A stretch of DNA of 64,000 nucleotides from an uncultured delta proteobacterium (lineage in GTDB: Bacteria > Desulfobacterota > Binatia > HRBIN30 > BPIQ01). Shown in pieces: positions 19,385 to 29,535 of the stretch. The stretch's first letter is position 1. Each line of letters starts with the position of its first letter. A program made the position numbers and the translations under genes. The notes beneath the pieces are model-generated. The model saw nothing but the letters and a program-made list of their open reading frames with translations, did no database searches and had not been told where the DNA came from. The DNA lies in assembly GCA_963761335.1 (NCBI GenBank), contig CAVXGR010000015.1, forward strand, positions 32,001-96,000. The letters run 5' to 3'.

Positions 19385-21067
19385 CTACGGCGCCGCGGCG
19401 TGCTGCTCCGCCAGGGCCAGCTCCAGCTCTTGGCGCGCCTGGGTCAGCTGCGGGTCGATGCGCAGCGCTTCGTTCAGCTCAGCGATGGCCTCGCTCAGAT
19501 GGTGCTGCCGATGGCGCACCATGCCGAGGTTGCCGTGCGCCTCGGCGTACTGCGGATCGAGGAGAACGGCCTCGCTCAGGTGGCGCATGGCTTCATCGAG
19601 CTTGCCCTGGCGAGCGAGTGCCACGCCGAGCTGATTGCGGGCGAAGGGGTCGTCTGGCCGGAGGCGAACACTGGTCGAGAGGTGATCCACCGCTTCCTCG
19701 ATCCGCCCTTGCTCGGCGAGGTCGACTCCGAGGTTGTAGTGCGCCAGCCAGGCGTCCGGGTTCTTGCGGGCGCTGTCGCGCCACAGCTTCTCGGAGCTCT
19801 GATAGAGCAGCGACTGATCCCAGGTGAGAACACCGAGAACGATCAGCACGGGCGCGGCCAGCGCAGCTCGCCAGTGCCGGCGCCCCAGGCCGAGACGGGC
19901 CGATTCCAGCGAGCACACCGCCGCGAACACCGCGATCAACCCGATGCTGGCGGCGTACTGCAGGTGGTCGGCGACGGCGAACGGGGCGGCGGAACGAGGG
20001 AAGAGCCCAAGGACCGGAGCGATGGTGACTCCGTAGAAGGCCACCCCGAGCAGTGGGCCGCCGCCGAGGCGGCGACGCCGAGACCAGAGCGCCGCCGGCA
20101 CCGCCACCGCGGCGAACAGGAAGGCGTACTGTGACAGGTCCGCCGGCGAGATCTGCCACTGCGGGTAGACGGTCATCAGGGTCGCGGGCCAGAGAAGCTT
20201 GGCGGGATAGAACCACAGCGCCCGCCCGGCGACCAGCAGGCGATCGAGCACCCACGGCTGCAGGATGGTGCGATCGCCTGCGAGGTCACGGGCGCGCCAA
20301 GCGACCATCGCGGCCGCGCTCAGACCGAGCGCGAAGAACGGCGCGATGCGCCGCAGGTGGCGCCGCCAGCCGAGCGGATCGCGCCACCACGAGATCAGCA
20401 CCAGCACGACCGGAAGCGTGCAGGCGACGGCGTTGCTGAGCACGGCGGCGGCGAAGCAAAGAAGAGCCGCGCTGTACGCCCGCGATCGCCGCCGGCGCTG
20501 GAACTGGAGCCAGGCGAGGAGCGCGAGCAGATAGAAGGACAGCGACAGCAGCGTGCCGCGGTCGCTGATCCAGGCGACGGCCTCGACGTGCACCGGGTGA
20601 ACGGCGAAGATCGCCGCGGCGAACAGGGCTCCCGGAATGGCGATGCGGCGCAGCAGAGCATAGAGGAGCGCCGCGTTCAGAGCGTGGAGGACGACATTGA
20701 TGAGGTGATCGGCAAAGGGCGCCGTGCCCCATAGGTGATAGTCGAGCCAGAAGCTCGTCTGCGTTAGCGGACCGTCGGGCAACCCGGTTACGGCGCCCGT
20801 CCAGATGTCCCACAGGCCGCGCAGGGAACGCAGCGACGGATCGCCGGTCAAGGCGCGGTCGCCGCCCCCGAGGTAGCCTCCGTTCAGCGCCGGAGCATAC
20901 ACGGCCAGGGTGCCCAGGAGGATCAGGAGCGCCGTCAGCGGGAGCGGCCGCCAGGGAACGCGGCCGGTAGGCTTCGGGTTCTTTTCTTTCCCTCCGGGGA
21001 TGACGCGGAGCGAGCCCGCACCGGGCGACGGTCGACTCACCCGCTTTCTCTGGCGGGTCGGATTCAT
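19385..21067 (-). CDS. TMTC-like multi-pass membrane glycosyltransferase-fold protein with C-terminal TPRs
   Basis: H..NV.LH..NA; FAVHPVHVEAVAWIS.R; about 10 TM segments; TPR units AHYNLG, ARNQLG, AHGNLG. Start at MNPTRQ; the longer ORF overlaps the GH1 gene. Confidence 0.8.
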   Translation of the reverse strand: MNPTRQRKRVSRPSPGAGSLRVIPGGKEKNPKPTGRVPWRPLPLTALLILLGTLAVYAPALNGGYLGGGDRALTGDPSLRSLRGLWDIWTGAVTGLPDGPLTQTSFWLDYHLWGTAPFADHLINVVLHALNAALLYALLRRIAIPGALFAAAIFAVHPVHVEAVAWISDRGTLLSLSFYLLALLAWLQFQRRRRSRAYSAALLCFAAAVLSNAVACTLPVVLVLISWWRDPLGWRRHLRRIAPFFALGLSAAAMVAWRARDLAGDRTILQPWVLDRLLVAGRALWFYPAKLLWPATLMTVYPQWQISPADLSQYAFLFAAVAVPAALWSRRRRLGGGPLLGVAFYGVTIAPVLGLFPRSAAPFAVADHLQYAASIGLIAVFAAVCSLESARLGLGRRHWRAALAAPVLIVLGVLTWDQSLLYQSSEKLWRDSARKNPDAWLAHYNLGVDLAEQGRIEEAVDHLSTSVRLRPDDPFARNQLGVALARQGKLDEAMRHLSEAVLLDPQYAEAHGNLGMVRHRQHHLSEAIAELNEALRIDPQLTQARQELELALAEQHAAAP

Positions 21068-21126
21068 TTCAGTGTTGCTTCGTTGATAATCGAGGGCGCG
21101 GGTTAAGGAAACTGGAAACTTCTGCC

Positions 21127-22383
21127 TCAGCCTCCCGCCGATTCCGCGTCGAAGGCATTGGCGCAGGCGATGGCGCCGAGGTACCGCGCGCTGGGCTTTG
21201 CGGTTCGCATCTGGGTGGTGCGGTCGACGCCGACGATGCCGAACTGCGGCCCGTAGCCGAAGAGCCATTCGAAGTTGTCCATCAGCGACCAGTAGAAATA
21301 GCCGCGCACGTCGATGCCGTCGCGCATGCAGCGGACCACGCCCTCGAGAGCACGGCGGACGTAATCGATGCGCTGCTCGTCATCGGTGGTGCCGATGCCG
21401 TTCTCGGTGACATAGATGGGTACGTTCGCCTTGGAGCGGGCGTAGCGGATGGTCGCCTCCAGCGACTCCGGCCAGAGCTCATAGCCCATGATGAGAGTGG
21501 GCACGCCTTCCTCCGGACCGATCGGCCCGGCGGCGTCGAAGCGGTGGCGGCTGTAGGTCTGTACGCCGACGAAGTCGTCCTGCCGGGCCGCCTCGAGGAA
21601 GGCGTCGAAGCTGTCGGCATTCGCCTGGTCGCGTCGCTTCTCGCCTCCGGGAACCGCCTGGTAATCCTGCATCGCCAGGGTCACGCCGACGGGAAAGTCG
21701 CCGCGGCCCGCCTTGATGACGTCGCGTGCCCGCACATGCGCCTCGAGCATGGTCTCGGAGATGATGAACGGCTGTCCGAGCAGAAAAGGGCCGAAGCGCT
21801 CGAGGGTGGTGTTGCAGCGCTGCGCCGCCTGGCGCACGAAGTCGGCGACCGACTTGAGGCCGGACCGCGGCAGGAACCCGGTCGAGGCAAGGGTTGCGAG
21901 CAGGTTTGCCTCGTTGATGGTGCAGCACATGCGGATCAGGTCGCCCAGGTGGCGGGTGGCGCGCTCGCAGTAGCGCAGGAAGCGATCGACGTTGCGGCGG
22001 TCCTCCCAGCCGCCGTCGGCGGTGAACCACAGCGGCGAGGTGAAATGGTGAAAGGTGACGCAGGGCGTGACGCCGTGCTCGTGGCAGCTGGCGAGCATGC
22101 GCCGGTAGTGGTCGAGGGCCGCCGTGGAGAAGTGGCCCTCTTCGGGCTCGACGCGCGCCCACTCGATGGAGAATCGGTAGGCGTTGAAGCCGAGCTGTGA
22201 GAGCAGGGAGATGTCCTGCGGGTAGCGATGGTAATGGTCGACGGCATCGCCGGACGGCTCGGCAAACAAGGTTCCGGGAGCGTGCTCGAGCATCCAGAAG
22301 TCGCTGTTGACGTTGTTTCCCTCCACCTGGTGCGCTGCGGTTGCCGTCCCCCAGACGAAGCCCTGCGGAAATTCGAAAGCCAT
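21127..22383 (-). CDS. Glycoside hydrolase family 1 (beta-glucosidase)
   Basis: FP.GFVWGTATAAHQVEG; YRFSIEWAR; TINE (acid/base); VTENG (nucleophile); WSLMDNFEW. Confidence 0.95.
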   Translation of the reverse strand: MAFEFPQGFVWGTATAAHQVEGNNVNSDFWMLEHAPGTLFAEPSGDAVDHYHRYPQDISLLSQLGFNAYRFSIEWARVEPEEGHFSTAALDHYRRMLASCHEHGVTPCVTFHHFTSPLWFTADGGWEDRRNVDRFLRYCERATRHLGDLIRMCCTINEANLLATLASTGFLPRSGLKSVADFVRQAAQRCNTTLERFGPFLLGQPFIISETMLEAHVRARDVIKAGRGDFPVGVTLAMQDYQAVPGGEKRRDQANADSFDAFLEAARQDDFVGVQTYSRHRFDAAGPIGPEEGVPTLIMGYELWPESLEATIRYARSKANVPIYVTENGIGTTDDEQRIDYVRRALEGVVRCMRDGIDVRGYFYWSLMDNFEWLFGYGPQFGIVGVDRTTQMRTAKPSARYLGAIACANAFDAESAGG

Positions 22384-22489
22384 CTCGCTCCTCTCCTCTC
22401 GTTGCGGTGCGGGACAGTTACCACGAAGTCCCCGGCGGAGGCGACAAGGAGCAGCGGCGCCCCGCCGCTTCTGCGTGGGGAGCCCGCCG

Positions 22490-25222
22490 CTACAACGAGT
22501 TGAGGAAGGCGATCAGCCGGTCGCGATCCTTCTGCGAGCCGTACTGGTACCGATTGCGCGAGTCGGTGGCTTCGCCGCCGTGCATGCGGATGGCCTCGTC
22601 CAGTGTCATGGCGCGGCCGTCGTGCAGGTACGGGGCGCTGTAGCGCACTCCCCAGAGCGGCGGAGTGCGGAACTCGCTTCCGGAGGCGGAGCCCTGGCGA
22701 ATGCCGTCGGCCAGGTCGGGCCCCATGTCGTGCAGCAACAGGTCGGTGTAGGCGCGAACCCGCCGGCGGTTGAGCAGCTTCACCGGAAAATTGGCGGTCC
22801 GGTAGCGATCCGTGTGGCACTTGTGGCAGCGCATACGGCGGAAGACGCCGCGTCCTTGGCGCGCGTCGCGGCTGCGCTCGCCGCCGGGCGGCGGGGCCAG
22901 GTAGAGCATGAAGTCCGAGAAGGCGTCGATCGCCGTGCCGTCGTCCTCCGGGTCCTGCTCGTCGTCGCAGGTGACAGCTCCGCCCTGGGGGCCGCTCTCC
23001 TGCGGGGCGAAGGGCGTGGTGATGCCCATCTCGCCGAGGTACGCGTCGGCGGCGAAGTCGTGCAGGGTCGCGAACTGCGCCTTCCAGCCGAAGCGGCCGA
23101 CGCGGCCGTTGATGATGTTGTAGCGCCCCGAGATGCCGTCGTGGTTGCGGTCCGTGGGATCGGCGAAGAGGCGGATCTTCAGCTCCGGAATCGCCTCGAG
23201 GAGCCCCGCTCCGAAGAGCGCCGGGGTGTTGCGCTGGCTGGTCACGTTGGCTTCCGGCGGCACCACCTCGCCGCCGACCGAGCAGGTCGGGGTCGTGAGC
23301 CCCTGCGATTGCAGCAGCGGACCTCCGTGCGCCGTCAGCGGGTCGAAGGTGTAGCCGTCGGGGGCGAGAAAGCCGATGCGGGTCACCATGTGATCGCTCG
23401 AGCCGCCCATCCGTGGAAAGCTGTGGCACTCGGCGCAGGCGGCACCGTTGAAGATCGGGCCCAGCCCGGTGGCCGGGCGCTCAACCTCGACGAACTCCTC
23501 GACGCCGCCGGCGAAGCGCTGCTGCTGGGCGGCGGACATGCCCTCGAGGGTGCGGACGTCGCACACCGCGTCCAGGGGCTTCTTGGGATCGCGGAAGCCG
23601 CGGCAGACGTCGCAGACGTCGGCGACTCCGTTGCCGTCCGCATCGGCCATCGCCGACTCCAGCTTGCAGTCGAAGCTACAGCCGTCACAGGAGACGGTAT
23701 TGCCGTCGTCGCACTCCTCGTCCGAGTCCACGACCCCGTCGCCGCAGCGAGCCAGCTTGCAGTCGCTGCGGCAGGCGTCGGGAGTCGAGTCGCTGTTGGC
23801 GGCGCCGTCGTCGCAGCGCTCGCCGCAGGCGCGCTCGCGGATCCCGTCGCCGCAGCGGTAGCCGGCCTCGACCTGGCAGGTGGAGCTGCAGCCGTCGCAG
23901 CTCTGCGTGTTGCCGTCATCGCACTGCTCGCCGGCGTCGATCACGCCATCGCCGCACCCGGCACGGGTGCAGTCGGTGCGGCAGGCGTTCGGCGCCGAGT
24001 CGCTGTTGGCGGTGCCGTCGTCGCACTGCTCGCAGGCGGGCTCGTAGTTGCCGTCGCCGCAGGTGGCGGCGCTGCAGGTGCGGATCACGGTCGCGAAGGC
24101 GCGGCTCTGCCAGTACCAGACATTGGCGATGCTGCCGTTCGTCAGGCGGGCGCTGTGCATCTCCACCCCGGGCTGCGCGGAGATCTCCAGCGGCGGGCCG
24201 GTCGGATTGCCATCGACGTCGAAGACGCGGGCGCGCGGCGGCAGCGGCGTGCCGCCGCCGCTCGGATAGATCGTCCACGACACGTAGAGGTTGCCCAACG
24301 CGTCGAATTGAGGAGCGGTGTCCAGGCCCCAGTGCCCGTCGAGGCTGTCGACGGGGATCCGCTCTCCGACAATGGAGCCGTCGGCGGCGTGGCGCTCGAT
24401 CCAGATCTGTGAGGTGTCGGGAGCCGACGTCCAGTTGTAGGCGGTGACCGCGAACCCACCCCCGGGGCGGGCCGCCACCCGCGGAGAGGCCAGGCCGTCG
24501 ACGATCGGCAGGGCGTCGCCGCGCGGCTGGCCGGCGGGGCTGAAGAAACGCGCCACGTACGGAGACTCGCCGGCGCTGCCGTTCCACACGGCGACGAAGC
24601 CTCCGTCGGCCGTCTGTGCGGTGTCGATCGCAATGTAACCGCCGTTGCCGGCGCGGATGTCGCCGCCCGCGCGGTCGTTTGCGGCGTCGACGCCGCGCAG
24701 CCAGAGGCCGTTCTCGTTCCAGAGGAAATGAGGTCCGGAGGCGAGCCCGATTGCCTGACCGAGGCCGACCAGGAACAGATCGTGGTCAATGGACACCTCG
24801 AAGTCCGCACCGATGGCGCGGGCATCGGAATCGAGGATCTGCCCGAAGAAGCGGTAGAGGTGCGCGTTGCCGTTGATCCATTCCCAGGCGGCGACGTAGC
24901 CGCCCTTGCCGTCGGCGCTGATCGAGGGGTTGAAGACGTGGGCGCTGGTGTCGACCCGCTGTGGCGGGCCCAGAGGAACGCCTTGGGCGGAAAAGCGGCG
25001 GGTGACGGCGTGGTCGTTGCGGCCGCTCAGGTTGCTGGTGTACTCGCCCCAGATGACCGCGAACGAGCCGTCATCTCCCGCGGCGACGTCGACATCTTGC
25101 AGAAGACCCGAGGTCGGACCGCCCAGGTCGAACGTCGGAACTTCGATGATCTGTGCCCGGCTGCGGGTCGAGAGCAGCAATCCCGCAGCCAGGGCGACGC
25201 ACAGCAGCGCGCGACGGATCAT
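22490..25222 (-). CDS. Secreted multidomain protein: beta-rich repeat N-terminus, Cys-rich (DUF4215/myxococcal) repeats, C-terminal di-heme oxidoreductase (DHOR/DUF1111) domain
   Basis: Signal peptide; four CGDG..E.CDDG units; GLGPIFN...CAECH; GRFGWKA; CHKCH; YTDLLLHDMG; FRTPPLWG; YLHDGRA. Confidence 0.85.
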   Translation of the reverse strand: MIRRALLCVALAAGLLLSTRSRAQIIEVPTFDLGGPTSGLLQDVDVAAGDDGSFAVIWGEYTSNLSGRNDHAVTRRFSAQGVPLGPPQRVDTSAHVFNPSISADGKGGYVAAWEWINGNAHLYRFFGQILDSDARAIGADFEVSIDHDLFLVGLGQAIGLASGPHFLWNENGLWLRGVDAANDRAGGDIRAGNGGYIAIDTAQTADGGFVAVWNGSAGESPYVARFFSPAGQPRGDALPIVDGLASPRVAARPGGGFAVTAYNWTSAPDTSQIWIERHAADGSIVGERIPVDSLDGHWGLDTAPQFDALGNLYVSWTIYPSGGGTPLPPRARVFDVDGNPTGPPLEISAQPGVEMHSARLTNGSIANVWYWQSRAFATVIRTCSAATCGDGNYEPACEQCDDGTANSDSAPNACRTDCTRAGCGDGVIDAGEQCDDGNTQSCDGCSSTCQVEAGYRCGDGIRERACGERCDDGAANSDSTPDACRSDCKLARCGDGVVDSDEECDDGNTVSCDGCSFDCKLESAMADADGNGVADVCDVCRGFRDPKKPLDAVCDVRTLEGMSAAQQQRFAGGVEEFVEVERPATGLGPIFNGAACAECHSFPRMGGSSDHMVTRIGFLAPDGYTFDPLTAHGGPLLQSQGLTTPTCSVGGEVVPPEANVTSQRNTPALFGAGLLEAIPELKIRLFADPTDRNHDGISGRYNIINGRVGRFGWKAQFATLHDFAADAYLGEMGITTPFAPQESGPQGGAVTCDDEQDPEDDGTAIDAFSDFMLYLAPPPGGERSRDARQGRGVFRRMRCHKCHTDRYRTANFPVKLLNRRRVRAYTDLLLHDMGPDLADGIRQGSASGSEFRTPPLWGVRYSAPYLHDGRAMTLDEAIRMHGGEATDSRNRYQYGSQKDRDRLIAFLNSL

Positions 25223-25306
25223 GGCTTGCCCCCCTTTGCCAGCTTGTCAACGTGCAACTCCGGCCTAGCACCAAACGGGGGGCAGGGGAAAGGAGAATCT
25301 TGCAAA

Positions 25307-25356
25307 GAGGAAGCGTCGTCCCGGCGCTTCTCGAAGCGGCGGGACGACGCTTCTAC
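25307..25356. repeat. GTAG...CTAC REPIN-like palindrome
   Basis: Reverse complement gtagaagcgtcgtcccgccgcttcgagaagcgccgggacgacgcttcctc matches 28250-28299. Confidence 0.8.
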
Positions 25357-25427
25357 CTGGGCCCGCGGGTGGGCGGGAAGAGGGGGCGAGCCGAGATGGC
25401 GAGGCTCTGCCGAGCCATGCCCTCCGC

Positions 25428-26648
<1,221 letters not shown>

Positions 26649-26794
26649 GGCACACCTCCTTCGTCTACCTCGCGGGCCGCGGCGATCATGTTCCGATCGC
26701 CGCCGTTCGGCAACCGCCCTCCGTCTCGGCGGTACTGTCCTAGTTTGCCGGTGCGACTCTGCAATTATCTCCCGCCCGCCTCGCGCAAGGGTCT

Positions 26795-26932
26795 CCTCTC
26801 CCCGCATCTTTTCGCGGGGAGAGGATCAAGGTGAGGGGTTCCTTCCTCACTGAAAGTCCATGAGTATTGCGCCGTTCAAGAAGATCGAAACCCTCACCCT
26901 GACCCTCTCCCGCGAAAAAATGCGGGAGAGGG
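26795..26932. repeat. ~140-bp hairpin-armed element (copy B, inverted relative to copy A)
   Basis: ccctcaccctgaccctctcccgc...gcgggagaggg arms; core shares atcttctt..gaa and ctttcagtga with 15585-15725. Confidence 0.8.
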
Positions 26933-27153
26933 AACCCTCGCTCGCAGGGGCGTGAGGACAGTCAGCCAATGTCAACGGGTCGCGCTAGCCAATTTAGACA
27001 GTACTCCGTCGGCGTCCCTTCTCGGCGCTCTCCGCGCCTCCGCGGTTCCCCCACTCGGCGTCCTCTCTTCTCTCTGTGCCTTCTGCGGTAGCCCTTTGCG
27101 GTTGCGGTTCCCCCGGATCGCGGTAGATTGCGGCCTCTGAGAAGGAGGGAGAG

Positions 27154-28128
27154 ATGGCGCAGGTAGAGACGGTCCGCGGCCCCATCGACACGTCCGAGAT
27201 GGGGCCGACGCTGATGCACGAGCACGTCTTCGTGCTGAACACCGAGATCCAGGTCAACTACCCGTCGGGGTGGGACGAGGAGGCGCGGGTGGCCGACGCC
27301 GTCGCCAAGCTCGACGAGCTGCGCGGCCGCGGCATCCGCACCATCGTCGATCCGACGGTGATCGGCCTGGGGCGCTACATCCCGCGCATCCAGCGGGTGG
27401 CGTCAGAGACGGATCTCCAAATCGTCGCCGCCACCGGGCTCTACACCTACAACGACGTGCCCTTCTACTTCCACTTCCGCGGCCCGGGAACGCTGCTCGA
27501 CGGGCCGGAGCTGATGGTGGATCTGTTCGTCAAGGACATCCGCGAAGGCATCGCCGGCACGCCGGTGAAGGCGGCGATCCTCAAGTGCGCCACCGAGGCG
27601 GCGGGGCTGACGCCGGGAGTCGAGCGGGTGCTGCGCGCCGTCGCCCAGGCGCACCGCCAGACGGGTGTACCGATCACCACGCACACGCACGCGCACACGC
27701 ATCGCGGCCGCGACCAACAGCGGGTCTTCCGGGAGGAAGGCGTCGACCTGAGCCGGGTGATCATCGGCCACTCGGGCGACAGCACCGACCTCGACTACCT
27801 GAAGGAGCTCATGGACAACGGCTCCTACATCGGCATGGACCGCTTCGGCATCGACTCCTTGCTGCCCTTCGAGGACCGCGTCAGCACCGTGGTCGAGCTC
27901 TGCCGTCAGGGGTATGCCGGGCAGATGGTGCTGTCGCAGGACGCTTCATGTTTCATCGACTGGTTCGACGACGAGATGCGTGCCGCGGCGATGCCGAAGT
28001 GGACCTTCACTCATATCTCCGACGACGTCATTCCCGAGCTGCGCAAGCGCGGCATGGAAGAAGAGCAAATCAAGCAGCTGATGGTGGGGAATCCGCGGCG
28101 GATCTTCGAGAAGGCGGGGGGTTACTGA
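27154..28128 (+). CDS. Phosphotriesterase-family (PTE/PHP) metallo-lactonase
   Basis: VETVRGPI...G.TLMHEH; ATGLY; ILKCA; GVPITTHT; IGH; MDRFG; NPRR. Confidence 0.9.
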   Translation: MAQVETVRGPIDTSEMGPTLMHEHVFVLNTEIQVNYPSGWDEEARVADAVAKLDELRGRGIRTIVDPTVIGLGRYIPRIQRVASETDLQIVAATGLYTYNDVPFYFHFRGPGTLLDGPELMVDLFVKDIREGIAGTPVKAAILKCATEAAGLTPGVERVLRAVAQAHRQTGVPITTHTHAHTHRGRDQQRVFREEGVDLSRVIIGHSGDSTDLDYLKELMDNGSYIGMDRFGIDSLLPFEDRVSTVVELCRQGYAGQMVLSQDASCFIDWFDDEMRAAAMPKWTFTHISDDVIPELRKRGMEEEQIKQLMVGNPRRIFEKAGGY

Positions 28129-28183
28129 GGGACGGACGTCCTGCGCCCCTGAAATGCGCGCGCTGTGAGCGCGACCGTCCGGC

Positions 28184-28338
28184 TAGCCCCGGGTCGGCGA
28201 GGCTGTCTCAAAACCCGGGCAAAACGATTCCGCCGGCCCGCGGGCCAAGGTAGAAGCGGCGTCTCGCCGCTTCGGAAAGCGCCGGGACGGCGCTTCTACT
28301 CCGGTTTCGAGACAAGTTTCTGGCACCCGGGGCTACAT
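28184..28338. repeat. Nested repeat composite (REP arms enclosing MITE-type ends enclosing a REPIN)
   Basis: tagccccgggtc ... acccggggctacat arms; aggctgtctcaaaacc (28200) / ggtttcgagacaagtt (28303) ends; GTAG..CTAC palindrome 28250-28299. Confidence 0.7.
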
Positions 28339-28358
28339 ACTGGCGTGGCCCGCGGCGA

Positions 28359-29213
28359 TCAGCGCAGGGTGATCGCCGCGTTGCTCAGCACCGGCTTGCC
28401 GCGCTCCTTGGTGGTGGCGGCGATGAGGATCTTGCCGTCCTCCTTCCACAGCGAGGTGACGATGGTCTCGCCGGGGAAGACGACGCCGGCGAAGCGCGCC
28501 TGGTAGCCGGCGACGCGATCGACGGCGCCGTCCAGCATGGCGTCGACGGCGGCCTTGCAGACGATGCCGAAGGAGCAGAGGCCGTGCAGGATCGGCGTGT
28601 CGAAGCCGCCCATCTTGGCGAAGTCGGGATCGGCGTGCAGGGGGTTCTTGTCTCCGGACAGGCGGTAGAGAAGCGCCTGATGCGAAACCGTGGGCGTCTC
28701 GACCACGGCATCGGCGCCGCGGCTCGGCGCCTCGTTCCCGGGCTTCGGCCCGGGCTCGCCGCCGAAGCCGCCTTCGCCGCGCGCAAAGATGGTGAAGCGG
28801 TTGGTGAACAGCGGCTCGCCGCCCTTCTCGCGGGTGGCCACCTCGAGAACGATCAGGCCGGCCTTGCCCTTGTCATAGATGCCGGCGACCCGTCCCTGGC
28901 TCTCGACCTTCGCCGCCACCGGCAGAGGGCGGTGAATCTCGACGTCCTGCTCGCCGTGCAGGACCATGGCGAAGTTGATGTCGATTCCGGGAATGGAGCC
29001 CAGGCCGCCGAGTGCGCCGAAGACGGGAATCACGGCGAAGCTGGGCAGCACCTTGAGATTGCGCTCGTAGGTGTACTCGAGCTCCTTGGGATCGGTGGCC
29101 TTGCCGACGCCGGCGCCGATTCCCAGGTGATAGAGAATGACGTCGTCGGCGTCCCACGAGGATTCCGCCGGCGGCAGTGTGGCGGCCATGGCCTTTTTCG
29201 GATCGATCGGCAT
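28359..29213 (-). CDS. MaoC-like (R)-enoyl-CoA hydratase 2 (double hot-dog)
   Basis: Start MPIDPKK; LYHLGIGAG; VLHGEQ; LYRLSGDKNPLHADP; PILHGLC. Confidence 0.9.
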   Translation of the reverse strand: MPIDPKKAMAATLPPAESSWDADDVILYHLGIGAGVGKATDPKELEYTYERNLKVLPSFAVIPVFGALGGLGSIPGIDINFAMVLHGEQDVEIHRPLPVAAKVESQGRVAGIYDKGKAGLIVLEVATREKGGEPLFTNRFTIFARGEGGFGGEPGPKPGNEAPSRGADAVVETPTVSHQALLYRLSGDKNPLHADPDFAKMGGFDTPILHGLCSFGIVCKAAVDAMLDGAVDRVAGYQARFAGVVFPGETIVTSLWKEDGKILIAATTKERGKPVLSNAAITLR

Positions 29214-29343
29214 GTTGTTCTCCTTTCGCTCTCGCGTGCGCGGATCATTTCGAGTTACCGAGGAGCCGGGCTGTGTCAAGGATGCCGCCGCAGCGGCATC
29301 GATGGCGTATTGCAATGGCCGCGGCGATTGGCGACAAGAGGCC

Positions 29344-29523
29344 GTGGCAAGATCGTGGTTCCTGGGCGCCGTGGTGGCGCTGGCGGCGCTGGTCGCGGGG
29401 TGCAAGCAGGACGGCGTCAGACGCTTCGAACAGCGGCCCACCGTCGCGCTTTCGCCGTCGCCCACCCCGCCGCGCACCCCCGCACCAACGCCGACGCCCA
29501 CGGCTGCGCCGGGCGACGCCTAA
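29344..29523 (+). CDS. Small Pro/Thr-rich lipoprotein
   Basis: Hydrophobic stretch plus lipobox VAGC, then PSPTPPRTPAPTPTPT; stop precedes the RBS of the next gene; start uncertain (ATG 29302 is the alternative). Confidence 0.55.
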   Translation: MARSWFLGAVVALAALVAGCKQDGVRRFEQRPTVALSPSPTPPRTPAPTPTPTAAPGDA

Positions 29524-29535
29524 GAGGAGGAGAAG

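Noticed and set aside
23690..24065. Quasi-periodic DNA repeats (gccgtcgtcgca, gagtcgctgttggc) suggesting a CRISPR-like array
   Set aside because: They encode the CDDG/CGDG protein repeats; no constant repeat-spacer structure and no cas genes
27018..27090. ctcggcg/ctccgcg/ctctgtg short degenerate repeats (similar style at 6448-6478)
   Set aside because: Probably remnants of a simple intergenic repeat, but too short and degenerate to define boundaries or a family
27676..27703. cacgca tandem repeat
   Set aside because: Encodes THTHAHTH around a metal-ligand His of the phosphotriesterase; in frame, with no sign of phase variation
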